From: Callorhinchus milii
Taxonomy: Eukaryota
Assembly: GCF_018977255.1 (NCBI RefSeq)
Contig: NW_024704742.1
Location: 91,576,001-91,640,000, forward strand
Reading direction: 5' to 3'
Length of the DNA stretch: 64,000 nt
Position numbers and translations under genes: made by a program. The notes under the pieces were generated by a model that worked only from the letters and a program-made list of their open reading frames with translations, did not search any database and was not told the origin of the DNA. Positions 48,750-61,930 of the stretch are shown here, piece by piece; position 1 is the first letter of the stretch; every line of letters starts with the position of its first letter.

Positions 48750-49048
48750 TACACTTCTTAATCTCCTTTGGATGTTCAGGTGAACGTTAAAGATCCCATG
48801 GCACTGCTGTATAACAAAAAGAGAAGGGATTTTCTCCTGGTATCCTGGTCAATATTTTCCCAGATAAAATTGGTCATTCACTTCATGGCAATTTGTATTG
48901 CAGGATATTTCTGTGTGCAAATTAACTGCCGTGTTTACCACATTATGGTAAATCCTGTGAAGTACTATGAAACATCCTGACATGAAAAAGATGCTATATC
49001 AAATGCAAGGATTATGATATTATTATTGTTGTTATTATTATTATTATC
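48750..49048 (+). mobile_element. Older Deu-type SINE
   Basis: CAGGTGAACGTTAAAGATCCCATGGCACT core; (TTA)n tail. Confidence 0.65.
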
Positions 49049-49489
49049 TGGCTTGTGTTAAATATAGAAACAAACTAATAGGGTTTGTGAAAGAGTAGTC
49101 CTGGGCTTTCATCAAAGAAAGAGCAAATTTGCACCACAAATTGAAATCAAACAAGTGTCTTATTTAAACCAACATAAAGACTATCCTCACAGCAACATTG
49201 GAAGCATCTTCTTTGTACCAGGAGAGAAACCTCACTGATCTTTCTGCTGCACCGTGGGTATAGAGTTTCTCTCATCCATCCATGCAGCACTGGTCTTGGG
49301 GAAAACTCCTCAAAATAACTGACGTATTGGTCCATTATATAATGAATGGTTTATAGTCTTGACTCATGGGACAAAAGCATGTGTCTGACTCATGGGTTCA
49401 GCTCGTGACTACTGTTAACAGTACCTTTATTTGGTTTCCAGTGATTACATTAGAGCTAGCCACATTTTGAAAAATGAGCATCAGCCCAA

Positions 49490-50142
49490 CTCATTGGTAG
49501 CATCAGAAGGTTGTGGATTCAAGCCCCACATTGGGATTTTGAACTCACAGCCTAGGTTGACACTCCAACACAGAGCCAATGGACTGTTGTTTGTTAGATG
49601 ATTGTTGTATTGTCTTAATTTGAAAGAAGACCTGTAGCTCAGTGGTTAGAGCACACACCTCGCAAGTGAGAGACCTGGGTTCAATTCCCAGCAGTTTGAA
49701 ACCTTGGGCGAGTTTTCTTACTCCACACGTCTGATAATAATCCCTCAAGAAAAAAACCCAATCATAAATTGGTCACTTCAATCCACAACTGTTTGTGAGA
49801 CATTGATGTGCGCAATTGCTGCAGCGTTTCGTCCACAAATATACAGTCAATTCACTTTATAGTATATTGTGTGAAGTGCTTTGAGATGCCTAGAAGACGT
49901 GAAAAACACTATGTCAAATGCAAGGATTATTATTGTTAAAGGAGGTGCTAAGCCGAGGTCCCATCTGCTTATTCAGATGGATGTTTAAGATTCCATGGCA
50001 CTATTCGAAAAATGAGTCAGTTTCTCCTGATGTTTTGGCCAACAAACCCAGGATAAAATTGGATATTCACTTTGTGACTGTTTGCGGGAAATTTCTGTAA
50101 ATGAATTGGCTGCCACATTTGCCTACAAATACACAGTCACTA
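49490..50142 (+). mobile_element. Older Deu-type SINE split by a young SINE (~49628-49934)
   Basis: Head CAGAAGGTTGTGGATTCAAGCCCCAC on the left; core CCGAGGTCCCATCTG...CCATGGCACTATT on the right. Confidence 0.7.
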
Positions 50143-51084
50143 CTGCTGTCCACCAGCGGTCAACGTTTATGGTTTCTTGATTTATGCCACAAATAAAGAA
50201 ATATTCAATCAAGAAAACACACAGCTGATTGAACATGGACTTACTTAGACTCCTGCGAATATTTGGGGCAGAATGGGACTGGTGTTTCTTCAAGTTCCCA
50301 CGAACCACAGGTTGGACCATGAGCTCATTACCTGACCCTAAACTTCAGAACTGGAAGCAATAAATACTACCAGCTGGTAACATTGGCTTCACCGACTAGG
50401 ACATGAGAGCACCTGTCTTTTGCAAATTGTCTTCCATTAAGACAAATGTGAGATGGCGAGGACCATGTGAGAATTCATTAACTGTTATAAAACATTTGGG
50501 TCAAATAATAGACATTTGATCTGTAGATTGCCCTTTCCTTCCGTGTGGTTCCTATGCCCCATACTCTCTCTTTCCAATAGGGAGGTTGGGTGGTCTCAGA
50601 TCGGGAATCCTCCTCGACAAAAGCAGTCAGAACTGCACCTTTGTAGGGCTGCCGGAAGGCATGTGTAGGTAGTGTGGGAACGGAGGATTATCTCTTTGAT
50701 GATGTAATGAGTGATTTTTAACTAGTTTCATACACGCACACTGGGCGACACACAGCAGCAACCTGAGGAACCGGTTATTTTTTTACACGTGAATCTGCTG
50801 CATGTGGAAATGTGGGAAGGAATCTTCACACACTGGCTGCCAGGATACAAATCTGAGCTCTCCAAGCAAAGCAAGGCACATAAATCAAAATTTGATTATT
50901 AAGTAGATATTTGTTGCCATGGTAAACTGTGCAGTCAATTATTAACTCAATTGTTACTTTGTGTAAGTACTTTTACAGGTAGACTTTATTATACGTTTTA
51001 TATCTGTTTTAATCTGCAATCTGACCTTATAGAGTCAAATCACCAGGTTATAGCGGAGGTCACAGGGTAATATAAAGGCTTGTT

Positions 51085-51352
51085 GTGTTCTGAAATGTTA
51101 TCCCGTTTGCCCGTTCAGATGGACTTTAAAGGTCTTGTGGCCCTATTTGAAAAGAGAGGGGAGTTTCCCTTGGTGTGCTGACCAACACACCAATTTCAAA
51201 TAAAATTCATTTCATGGCTGTTTGTGGGATATTCTGTGTGCAAATTGCATTCTCCCACAAAATACAGTTGATACACTAAACAGAAACTTTGTACTGTGCT
51301 TTGACACATTCTCAACATCATAGGTGCTATATGAAACACAAGATTATTGTAT
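51085..51352 (+). mobile_element. Older Deu-type SINE
   Basis: Decayed core plus the shared 3' body. Confidence 0.55.
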
Positions 51353-51832
51353 TATATACTGGAAATTAATATTGTGAAAATATTATGAAAATAAGTACAC
51401 AAGTCTCTTCAGATTCAGAATTTACCATCTGAAATCACTTTAAAAATCATATTCATCACAAATTTTGAAATTATTCAAGCCTGTTTAGTTGAAGGAGGCT
51501 GCTGAAATAGCTAAACAAGTATCAAAAGAGTAACACTGTGATGTCAATACTATCTCAACAATAGTATTAAACACAAATGCAGTCTAACTTTAGAAATTCC
51601 TTAAGCAATGAATGTGAATGACTAAAATGTGCCAAGCTTAGCTCCGGATTCTGATTAGTAAAAAACGATTCCGGGGCAGGAAGATTTCACTGTGGTTTAC
51701 ACGATTATGGCATAAATATAAATATTAACACAAACACTTTAATTTAAATCAACTACAGCAGCTGCAATTTACAATCAAATTTGTCTCATATACAAATTAA
51801 TGATGTCTCAATGTCCTGATCTGATAAGAACA

Positions 51833-52207
51833 TAATAATAATAATAATAATCGTCCTTGTATTTGATATAGTACCTTATCATGTCGTTGAGATGTCTGAA
51901 AGCGCTTCACAGAATATATTGTAAAGAGGATTGTCTGTATATTTTGTAGGTGAAATGCGGCAGCCATTGTACACAGCAGTCATGGATTGAGTAACCAAAT
52001 ATTTATTTATGTATTTATTTTGAGGGATTGTTATCCCTGGAAAGCTATCTGCCAATCGAGTAACAACCAGGTTCCTACTTACTGCTAGGTAAACAGAAGT
52101 GTGTGGAGTAAGGAAACTTGCCTAAGCTCTTGCGTCACCCCAGAATCAAACCTGGAACCTCTCGCTTGCGAGGCAAACGTGCTAACCACTACGCTACAGG
52201 ACTCCAC
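51833..52207 (-). mobile_element. tRNA-SINE, long subfamily
   Basis: Full head to tail. Confidence 0.87.
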
Positions 52208-54071
52208 ACGAGATTAATTTTTGGAGAGAGGGGGGAGCTCCTGTTCATTGCTTCACAGTAAACAACACACATTGCGCACAGCAGTCAATGTTTGTGAACT
52301 ATTGTTGGTGATTTAATTATGAAAGCACACAAATTCAGGCCCAAACCTTTACATTTCGCAAAGTTATATCTTACATGAACCTTTATTGCACACCTGCGGT
52401 ACATGTTACATAAAATCTAGGTGGACAGCAGAGAGTGCTGTAACATAAGAGCATTAAAATGCTTTGTACAGATGTTGTGAGGCATCAGCCAGCAGACACT
52501 GAGTGCCTACACATGCTGCTTTGCCCACTTTCCCCTTCTGGCAGTGAAGTAATAAGATTGCGTGTAATATCCTAGCCAGCAGCACCAGTCAATTATACTC
52601 CATGGCAACACATTGCTGCTCCTGAACCACAGTAACCTGCCACAGCTGCGAGGCATTCTTGGACAGATGCAATTTAATCATCTGGGACTAAATTCCAAAT
52701 GCTGTTGCCCATATGCAGGCTTCCCCTGGCAAGAGCTGACACTTCACAAAAGGTAGTTAACGTTCCTTGCTTTCTGTGGTAGCTGCGTGGAATTCAATGG
52801 CAAATTCATCATTGCATAGCACACAAAGCTTCTATGAATAGGCATGGGTGTCTGCTTTCAACAGCTACCAATTTGTGACTTGAAAAACATTTCTGCCTTA
52901 TTTTGTTACCAGGTCTACTGGGTGAGTTTAGTAATTAATGGGAAGCATGGGATATTTGCATGCAGACCACACTTTAAGCACTGAATTACACCCTGAACAT
53001 TACTTATGTAAATTTAGACAGATGGCATAATTTGTGAGGTTAATGGAATTTTTGGGTTCAACCAAGCATCTGACCAGCTGTATGATTAAGAGTATTCAAA
53101 CCAGACTGAGAGTTCCACATATATATGCCACCTAGACATGGAAATTTCCCTGTGTCTGGAATAGAACGGGCACTCTCTCCTTGAAGGAATGCACCCGAAT
53201 TCCAGAGAGTATTTACCCCCCACCCCACGTGGGTACAGTTGAGCACCATCTTTGCTCTTGAAATAAAGTTTGCATAGTCATTCATTTCACCATTCCACTC
53301 CCAAACAGTGTGTCCCTGTTGTCGAGGTCTCCCAAGGCGAAAGCCTCCTGTGCATCATCAAAAAACCTCGACTTCAGCTTTTGGGGAGCTCCTCACTCGT
53401 CTCCTGTCTTAGACATGTTTGCGCATTTATTTCCCATTTTAAAAAAGGGTTTATGTACGGAGATGGGTTCAGCCTTCGATTATCATCTCATTGTGCTTGT
53501 TGACCTATGTCACAGCCTTGTGTGAAAACAGTGCCTGATCAGCTAGGGTCCTGCCATCAAATTTTGACACTGGCAAATTTGACAAAGACAAATTTCATGT
53601 GTAACGTTTTAGTGCAAAAAATGATGCAAGACCTTTACTGTGGTATTGCTTGCCTACTGGGATTTTGATCCCTAAATGGTTAGATGCCTAGTAAATGTAC
53701 ATACACCAAATAGACATAACCTGAGGGATATGCAATCCTGTGATGAGTATCGTTGTAAGTGATAAATCATTAAGTAAAAAGAAGATAAAATGCTGCACTG
53801 CAAACATTTGGGGTGCAGCTGGTGCAGGGTGTGTTAGTGCAATCTTGTCCAGCCAGCTTTTGAACAGCGTTATTGGAAGAGGTCCCAATTCTTGGCTGTT
53901 GGAAGTTGTCAGCCTGTCCAAAAAACTCAGAGAAGTATCGACCAAACCCATTTAACCTTTTGTGTGCCAATTACCATTGGCAGGCCATCAAAACAATAAT
54001 ATCTTCAGATACATAACAGGTTGATCACCAGAATAAGTTAGAAAAGCACTGTGAATTTCACCCTAGTCTTT

Positions 54072-54658
54072 ATAATAATAATCCTTATATTTTAATTTCG
54101 CTCCTTATCATGTCATTGAGACATCTCAAAGAGCTTGACAGAATATATTGTAAAGTGAATTGACTATATTTTATGGGCAAAACTGCACAGAGCATTGTCC
54201 CACAAATTGAGTGATCAAATTATTATTATTTCTTATTTTAACATAACATAACATGTAGGAGCAGGAGTAGGCCATTTGGCCCTTCGAGCCTGCCCCGCCA
54301 TTCAATCATGGCTGATCTTCTAATCTAACTCCAGCTAATAGCCTAACCCTGCCTTATCCCCATATCCCTTAATCCCTTTTTCAATAAGAAATATATTTAT
54401 CTCAGTCTTGAATATGTTTAAGGACTAAGCGTCAACAGCCCTTTGGGGTAACGAGTTCCATAAAAGTTCCATCATTTTTTTCAGAAGGGATTATTACCCC
54501 CGGAAAGCAATCCGCCAATCAACTAACAACTGGGTTCCTACTTAATGCTAGGTAAACAGAGACGTGTGGAGTAGGGAAACTTGCCTAACATTTTGCTCTG
54601 CCCAGGAATTTAACCCCACTTGCAAGACGAGTGCTCTAACCAATGAGCTACAGGACTC
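54072..54658 (-). mobile_element. tRNA-SINE, long subfamily, interrupted by a CR1 3' end (54239-54462, minus)
   Basis: SINE halves flank AACATAACATAACATGTAGGAGCAGG...GAGTTCCATA. Confidence 0.87.
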
Positions 54659-57167
54659 CTTGTAGATCTCACAGGACTGTTGTAGTGAATGTTCAAGCGA
54701 ATCCCGGCGAGGTTCTGTGTTGGGTCAATTGGTGCAGTGAGACGTCCTTCAAGCAACTGACCCAAATAATTCTATCAAAAAAAGCTTCACTACATTTTGT
54801 GGAATAAGCACATTTTTGGACAATAGTAATTGGTAAAAAAAAAGCCTGCTTGTGCCTCCCAAGGGATGCATCTAATAGATTTAGTTAAGTAAGTACAGAT
54901 GTGGATCACCGTTCTATACAATCATGTACTGCACTTGCCTTTCTACATGACAAAGCTCGTGGCTGGATTTACTCCAACAATAACGTGGAGTCAGAATAAT
55001 CAGTCAATTGGCAGTTTCAAAAAAATAAAGTCTTCTCTCATTTGAACATAGAGACAGAGCTATTTAATGCCAGCCCCATTTTAATCCCATTTGAACATAC
55101 AACTTATACTTTTTTATACTTATACCTTTTTTTAAAAAAAAAGAATTACATCGATGTCCCATAGCCTTTTCATATGTCAAACCAATCGGGCATCAAACTA
55201 CTTAACAACAACAAGATTGCATTTATAGAGCGCCTTTCACGTCGGGAGGACGTCCCAAAGTGCTGAACTGCCCACTTAAACTGTTTAATTAGCATATAAC
55301 ATAAGTCACTGACTGATGACACTTGATATTTAACATTCCCTCCTCTTGCACTCTGTCCCCACCCTCACCCAGCTCAAAATATCTTAGGTAGACAGGATCT
55401 GGAGGATGGTATTGGGAGGGTTTGAAATCTACAAGGTAGCAATAACATTCTTGCCTGGGTTAGATGGTATTCCAACTGGGAGTGAGCCCTGTTACTTTAC
55501 AAGTTGCAGCAACCTCTCCAAATTGTATTGTTTCCACTTAACATTGTGGTCATTAATGCCATTGGACTGGTTGATGAAGGAAAGGGTGAGTATTTGAGGT
55601 TCCAAAACATGTTTGCACTGTTTTCAAATGTACTTTATGCATTCAAGTTTTTTTCATGTCCGAAATATTGCCCACCCCCGTCCCTATGTCATCTGCATTG
55701 TAGCCAAAACCCTCATGTATGTTCTTCCCACCTCCAGACTTAATGTATCTAATGCTCTCTTATTTTTGCTTTACCCTTCATCTGGAAGGATGAGATTGGA
55801 TGGGACAGCAACAACAAAATTTCATTTATAGAACGCCTTTCACATCGGGAGGACGTCCCAAGGTCCTTCTTCAAAGGCCCTTCTTCTTCCAAACCTTTCT
55901 TGTGATGAACTCCAGGTTCTTGAGGATTCTACAGCACATATCCTCTCCTGCAGTAGCCACTTTAGGCCCACCACCATCGTCCCCACCAGGCTCATTTGGC
56001 TCCCTATCCTCCAGTGGATTGATTTCATGAACCTCATTTTGATTTTCAAATGCATTCATATCCCTCCTCACTCAACCTCTTCTCTAGCCCCACACTTCCA
56101 ACAACTTCCTCCACTCTACAAACTCAAGTCAGCTGGATGTCCTCTGATCCCCCCACCATTGGCAACTGAGCCCAAGCCTTCAGTCACTACACCCCAGGCC
56201 TTGAAAGTCTTTTTCAGAATTCCTCTACCTTGCATGTGGTTACTGCATCAGCACGAATGTATAAGGATTTTCCTGGATTTCTTAAAAATTGGTAAACATT
56301 AATATTTGTAGATTTAAAGATTGATTTAACAATCTTTTTCGACAACAAAAATGTGTGTTCTGTTTGTTTCAGTAACTTCACCCTTTTGTTTCAAGGGTGT
56401 AACCTAGCATAATACAAGTACATCAATCACTGGGGTATTCTACAAAATTCTTGTTGCATTAAAAAAACCTGGAAATTCTGTGAATCATCATAGTTATTGT
56501 TAATTGATTTCAATAGTTGTAAAAATCACAGCCCTTATGTGTTCCAGACTTTCCAAACAAAACTGTTGCTAAGTATGTCTCTTACAGAGTGGAATTTAAA
56601 GTCTGCATGCACTAGACTTTATAGCATGTGTTTAGCAGACATCACGCTAGGGAACATTGCTGCATATTTTACTTAGTAACATGCCTTTATACTGTAAATG
56701 GTTTATTGTGTGTAATCCTACTACATACAGTACTTTTCTGCTAAAGTGTGAATTCAATGATAAGTGACAAATTGTAGATTTGTGATAATTCCACCCGGAT
56801 CCACGTTATTCCGAAATGATTATTCTATGAACATCAGACAGGCACAAACATAATTGAGGAAATAAAGGCACGTATCGAGGAAAGAAATGTGACTTTCTGG
56901 TTTTACCAAAGACTAGAGGCAAAGAGAACGAGAGGGTGGGAGCAAGAAGGAAAGAGAATACAATGAATAGTACAAGCAAAAAGTGACCGCTGCAGGTTTT
57001 GACAATAGCTTGGGTAACCTCTTATTGCGGACAATATGCATTTTAAATACTTATAGAAAAAAGAAGCGCTTGGGTGGGGAGTTGTATTGTGGTCTCACTC
57101 ACATCTGCTGGACTCATATACCTGATACCTGCTATTGATTTATCCTGGGACGAGGGGGAGGGAGGAT

Positions 57168-57486
57168 AATAATAATAATAATCCTTGCATTTGATATAGC
57201 GCTTTTCACGTCGGGAGGACGTCCCAAAGCGCTTCACAGAACACACTGTAAAGTGAATTGACTGTATATTTGTGGGCGAACGCGGCAGCCAATTGCGCAC
57301 AGCAATGTCCCACAAACAGTCGTAGATTGAAAATGATCAATTTATTATTGTTTTTGGTTTTGGAGGGATTATTATTAGGCTCTGTGTGGAGTAAGGAAAC
57401 TTGCCCAAGGTTTCGCCCTGCCTGGAATTGAACTCAGGTCTCTCGCTTGCAAAGCGAGTGCTCTAACCACTGAGCTACAGGACTCC
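57168..57486 (-). mobile_element. Young tRNA-SINE, short subfamily (near-consensus)
   Basis: AGGAT direct repeats at 57163-57167 and 57487-57491; intact A/B boxes. Confidence 0.93.
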
Positions 57487-58429
57487 AGGATGGGGTGGGG
57501 GAGAGAAAGAGGGAGATCTTGTAGGTGACTCTATAGTGTGTACATGGCTGCCAGTGTCATGAGTGTGCCCTATTGGGTTCGAACGAGGAGTTACTGTATT
57601 TAGATCTCGTCCCCAACAAAATGCAATGTATGTTTTTTTGTATAAAAACCTTTTTCCCTGAGATGCAGAAAATATTTCTAAGTTTCAGTTCAGTAAAGTT
57701 CAGTACAGTCAGTACATTGAACAGAATCTAATTCCCCCAAAACGCCTGTCTTTTAAATTTGGACTGAACACAAAGATTTGTGCACTTACTGAAATATCAG
57801 TCCATTGCGGTACAGAGAAATTTGTGGATCAAACCCCATCATGAGTGCTTAATGGTACAACATGGTGTATTTTTCACCCACAAATTATACAGTCAATTCA
57901 CTTTACAATATATTCTGTGATGTGCTTCGAGATGTCTCAACAACCTGATAAGATGCTATATCAAATGCAAGGATTATTATTATAACATTATTTTTATTCC
58001 TATCTCACTCAGTCGAAGGGTAAGTATAATGTGAAAATGTCTTTCTTTGTGTTTTCCCATCTCCCCCCGCAACAAGCCCCTTTTAAATTTCAGGCGTGAC
58101 CTATAAGATTTGCTGCAAAGGATTACAAGGATGCAGCTGGATAACAGAGGATATTACAGCAGCATATTTTAATAAGTATTTAAAGAGTACAATCTGAAAG
58201 TAATAAATGAAACGATTGGGTAAACTCCCATTGCTGGCAGTGAACATTGTGTTGAGCTGGCTTGGTTGCAGGTTGTAGATGTTGATAGATCTACAGCAGC
58301 ATACTTGAGTTTTGTGCAACTTGCCAGCAATGTTGGGATGACCTAGTGAGTTCTAATGTTACAACTTTCAGGTTCCCAGCTGAAATGGTTGCTCACATCC
58401 GAGTCTTGAGGGTCATTGATCTGAGCTTC

Positions 58430-58461
58430 TGCAGTACAGAAACTTATCACTAGATGGTGCA
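58430..58461 (+). promoter_or_regulatory. Candidate CTCF site with upstream motif
   Basis: TGCAG-N12-TCACTAGATGGTGCA. Confidence 0.45.
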
Positions 58462-58641
58462 GGATGTCATATTATCCTACAGCGTCTCAGCCATAGAAAG
58501 GACTTACATATCTACAGTTCCTAATCACATCAAACACTTTAAAGCACTTTACAGTAATTATTTTTTTGGTTGGCTAATGCAGTAGCCATTTTGAACAAGC
58601 AAGGTCCCACAAAGAGCTTTATTGTGAATGACCAACTTATT

Positions 58642-59015
58642 GTGGAGTGCTATAGCATATTGGCTAGAACACTCGCCTCGCAAAGAAGAGGAGCAGGGTT
58701 CAATTCCCAGGTGGGGCGAAACCTTAGGAAAGTTTCCTTACTCCACATGCCTCTATTTACCTAGTAGTAACCTAGTTGTTAGTCAATTAGCAAATTGCTT
58801 TCCTGGGGTAATAATCCCTTCAAAAATCAAAAAAAAGTTGTGGCCTGGTCAATCAATCCACAACTGTTTGTGGAACACTGTTGTGCATAATTGGCTACTG
58901 CGTTTCGCCCACAAAATATACAGTCAATCCACTTTACAGTATATTCTGTGAAGCGCTTTGAGACGTCTCAACGACATGATAGGGCGCTAAATCGAATGCA
59001 AGTATTATTATTATT
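58642..59015 (+). mobile_element. tRNA-SINE, long subfamily
   Basis: Full head to tail. Confidence 0.87.
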
Positions 59016-61427
59016 AATAATAATTAATAATTAATTATTTAATAACCTGACCCCACCTCAGGTCTGAAATGCTGTACTCTGTCCAACGCCTTGGGACATT
59101 CTTCCGATGTGAAAGGCGCTATACAAACGTAATTTTGCTATTGTTGTTAATATTATCTGGAGAATTTTAATCCAGGACACCACGGCACTAATCCTGTTTG
59201 GGTTCAGTGTTTTTTGTCTGTGTTAGAGCAAATCTTTCTAAGAAGTAGAAAGAAGTATTCAATTGTTCTAAAGCATTCTTTTGATGTGTTGATTTCCAAT
59301 TCTTTTGATGTGTTGATTGACACAAAAGGTGGTCGGTTCAAGTCCCACGATAGGATTTTTGAGCTCATGGTTGAGACTGACATTTCTAGTGCATCCTATA
59401 CTAATGGGTGCTCAAGTCCTGGAGAAAGACAGCACCACCGCCCGCAATACGGCTTAAAGGGGTTTAGGGAGAGATGGAACAACAGGACATATCCATCTTA
59501 ATGGGTAGCGGAGCAATGGTAGAAAAGTAACTTTTTTTTAAAAAAGAAAACTTTGGGTGGGTAGTATGCAACTGGACAATCAAACGTATTCTTTCATAGA
59601 GTCATAATAATAATTATAATCCTTGCATTTGATATAACGCCTTATCACGGTCTTTGAGCTATCTCAAAGCACTTCACAGAATATACTATTAATTAAATTG
59701 ATTGTATATTTTGTGGACGAAACGTAGAAATTTACAGCATTGAAGGAGACCAGTTGGCCCATCGAGCTCTCAGGACAAGATGTTCAATCAGTCCTTTAAA
59801 CCCACGGTTTGCCCTATCCCCACACCCCTTTCAGCTGCTAATCTACACATATCTGTCTACTTCCCTCTTGAAACCCACAGTGGACTCTGTCACTATCATT
59901 TTATTAGGCAGGGCACTCCACATCACAACAGCTCTCAGAGTGAAAAGAAATTCTCCTAAGCACCCCTTTCACTCTTTTTGTGGCTACCTTATCTATGTCT
60001 TATTGTATAGATGTCTTATCTATATCCTCTTGTCACTGACTCCTGTACCTTTCCCCCTCTCACCTACTCATATTGCGAAATGTACAAGATTTTGATATTG
60101 CTTTTAAAATTACAGTTGGCAACGTAATGCTTAAAGCTTTGAGAAGTGCGAGCCGTTAGTAGGTCTCCATGAAACCCATCACCTGCTACCTCGACCCCCT
60201 TCCCACCAACTTACTGATCACCCAGCTCCCCCTCCTCTGCCCACTACTGGCTGACGTCATCAACCAGTCCCTCTCCTCCGGATCAGTCCCTGCCTCCGTC
60301 AAAACAGCTGTCATCATCCCCCTCCCTTCCCATTTTCAAGTCTTTGCTGAAGACCTTTCTTTTCGACCGCGCCTTTGGTCACCATCCCTCCCCTTGGCTC
60401 GGCCCCGGGATCCGCTACGGTGAAGCTCTCTGAGACGCCGTCCGGCGTGGAGGACGCTATATAAATTCAAATTGTTGTTGTTGTTATCAGTACAGTACAG
60501 GAAAAAAAGTGTCATTAATAATGTACCAAAGCAACAAGAGAGAAACCAGGCTTGCCATCAGTCAGAGCTTCAATGATGCTCACATTGGAATCTAGGTACG
60601 TGTTTGCAGCTTGTGGTTTGGACATTGCTGTGGTAACCAAGCTTCTTTGAGGGAAGCCCTTTGTGTGACAAGGTGGGCAGATGCTTAATCTTGCTGCGAC
60701 CTACGTCAGCAAGCAGCGCAGGCCGCACCCTTGTGTGGGAAGCTGATGCAGGCATGTAACCTAGGGAATCCTGCACTGTTTTGCCTTTCGGGTGAAAGTA
60801 AACATGGCTATCTAAAAATACTGAGCAGAGGAATCCACTGCATCAGATTTCACTCACTTAAATCGGGAAACTCTGTACACTAGGAAGCAGAAAAGCAATC
60901 ACGTGCTTCAGAGCTGCCCGGCTAAAGCTACTGAATCCATTCAAATATCTGATTTATACACTGTGAACCAGCATGAAATTAAACATACATGGTCCAGGAA
61001 GTGTAACTCTCCCGATTTGCTGCTAGCAAAAGAAGAAAATGCTATTATTTTGTTTGTATTGCTGACAGGCGGAGTTGGCTACTTTCCAAGAAATCACGAT
61101 CCCATTCATTGCAAAGTATTTTGCTGACTCTCTAGCCCTGCCACCATGTGTCAGCACGTCTGAAATAATTCCTTTTCCACTCCCATTTCATGAGGTGGCC
61201 ATCATGCCTATTGGGATTTCTTTAATATGTTTGCTTTGGTTACCAAGGATGAATAGTGGCTGATTCCAGCCAATCTTCAGCTTGAGATTAATAGTTAATA
61301 GTTGATACCCCATTGATTCTTAAAACCTGTGGGAAAATTGTATTCCAATTTCATTGTTTGAGAGGTAAAGGCACAAGTTCTTTTGTAATCAGCAATTGAG
61401 TACACTTGTTTCCATTATGAGCAAATA

Positions 61428-61930
61428 ATGAATAATAATCCTTGCACTTGATATACTGATATGACACTTGATTAAGTCGTCAAAACATCTCAAAGTGTCT
61501 TACAGTAAAGGATTTACAGTAAAGTGTAGTGACTGTGTATTTGTCAGTGAACTCGGCAGCCAATCTGCACACAGCAATGGCCCACAAATGGACATGAAGT
61601 GAATGATCAATTTTATCAGGGGATTTTTGGCCAGGATATCAGGAGAAATTCCCTTCACTTTTTTGAGTAGTACCATGGTATCTTTAATGTCTACCTGGGC
61701 AGGCCTGATGGACTTTGATTTAATATCTGATTTGTAGGACAGTACTTCCGACACTAATAATAATAATAATCCATTCATTTGATATGGAGCCTTATCACGT
61801 CATTGCGACATCTCAAAGAACTTTGCAGGATATAGTGTAAAGTGTGGTGATTGTGTATTTTGTGGGCGAAAGGTACAGTGCTCCCTGTACTTTATTGGAG
61901 AGTCAGAATTTGAGTTCAAAGTCTCAATAT
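61428..61930 (-). mobile_element. Older Deu-type SINE with a nested young SINE 3' fragment (~61755-61870)
   Basis: rc CAGGTAGACATTAAAGATACCATGGTACT core. Confidence 0.6.

Noticed and set aside
55540..55620. Apparent exon ending in G|GTGAGT (GLVDEGKGEYLRFQNMF)
   Set aside because: Resembles a decayed CR1 RT motif (VDEGxxVDxxYLDFQKAF) and has no partner exons
57410..57486. tRNA-Ala(TGC)-like cloverleaf, also at 46.9, 32.1, 19.8 and 13.7 kb
   Set aside because: Always continues into the same SINE body and tail with TSDs, so these are SINE heads and not tRNA genes
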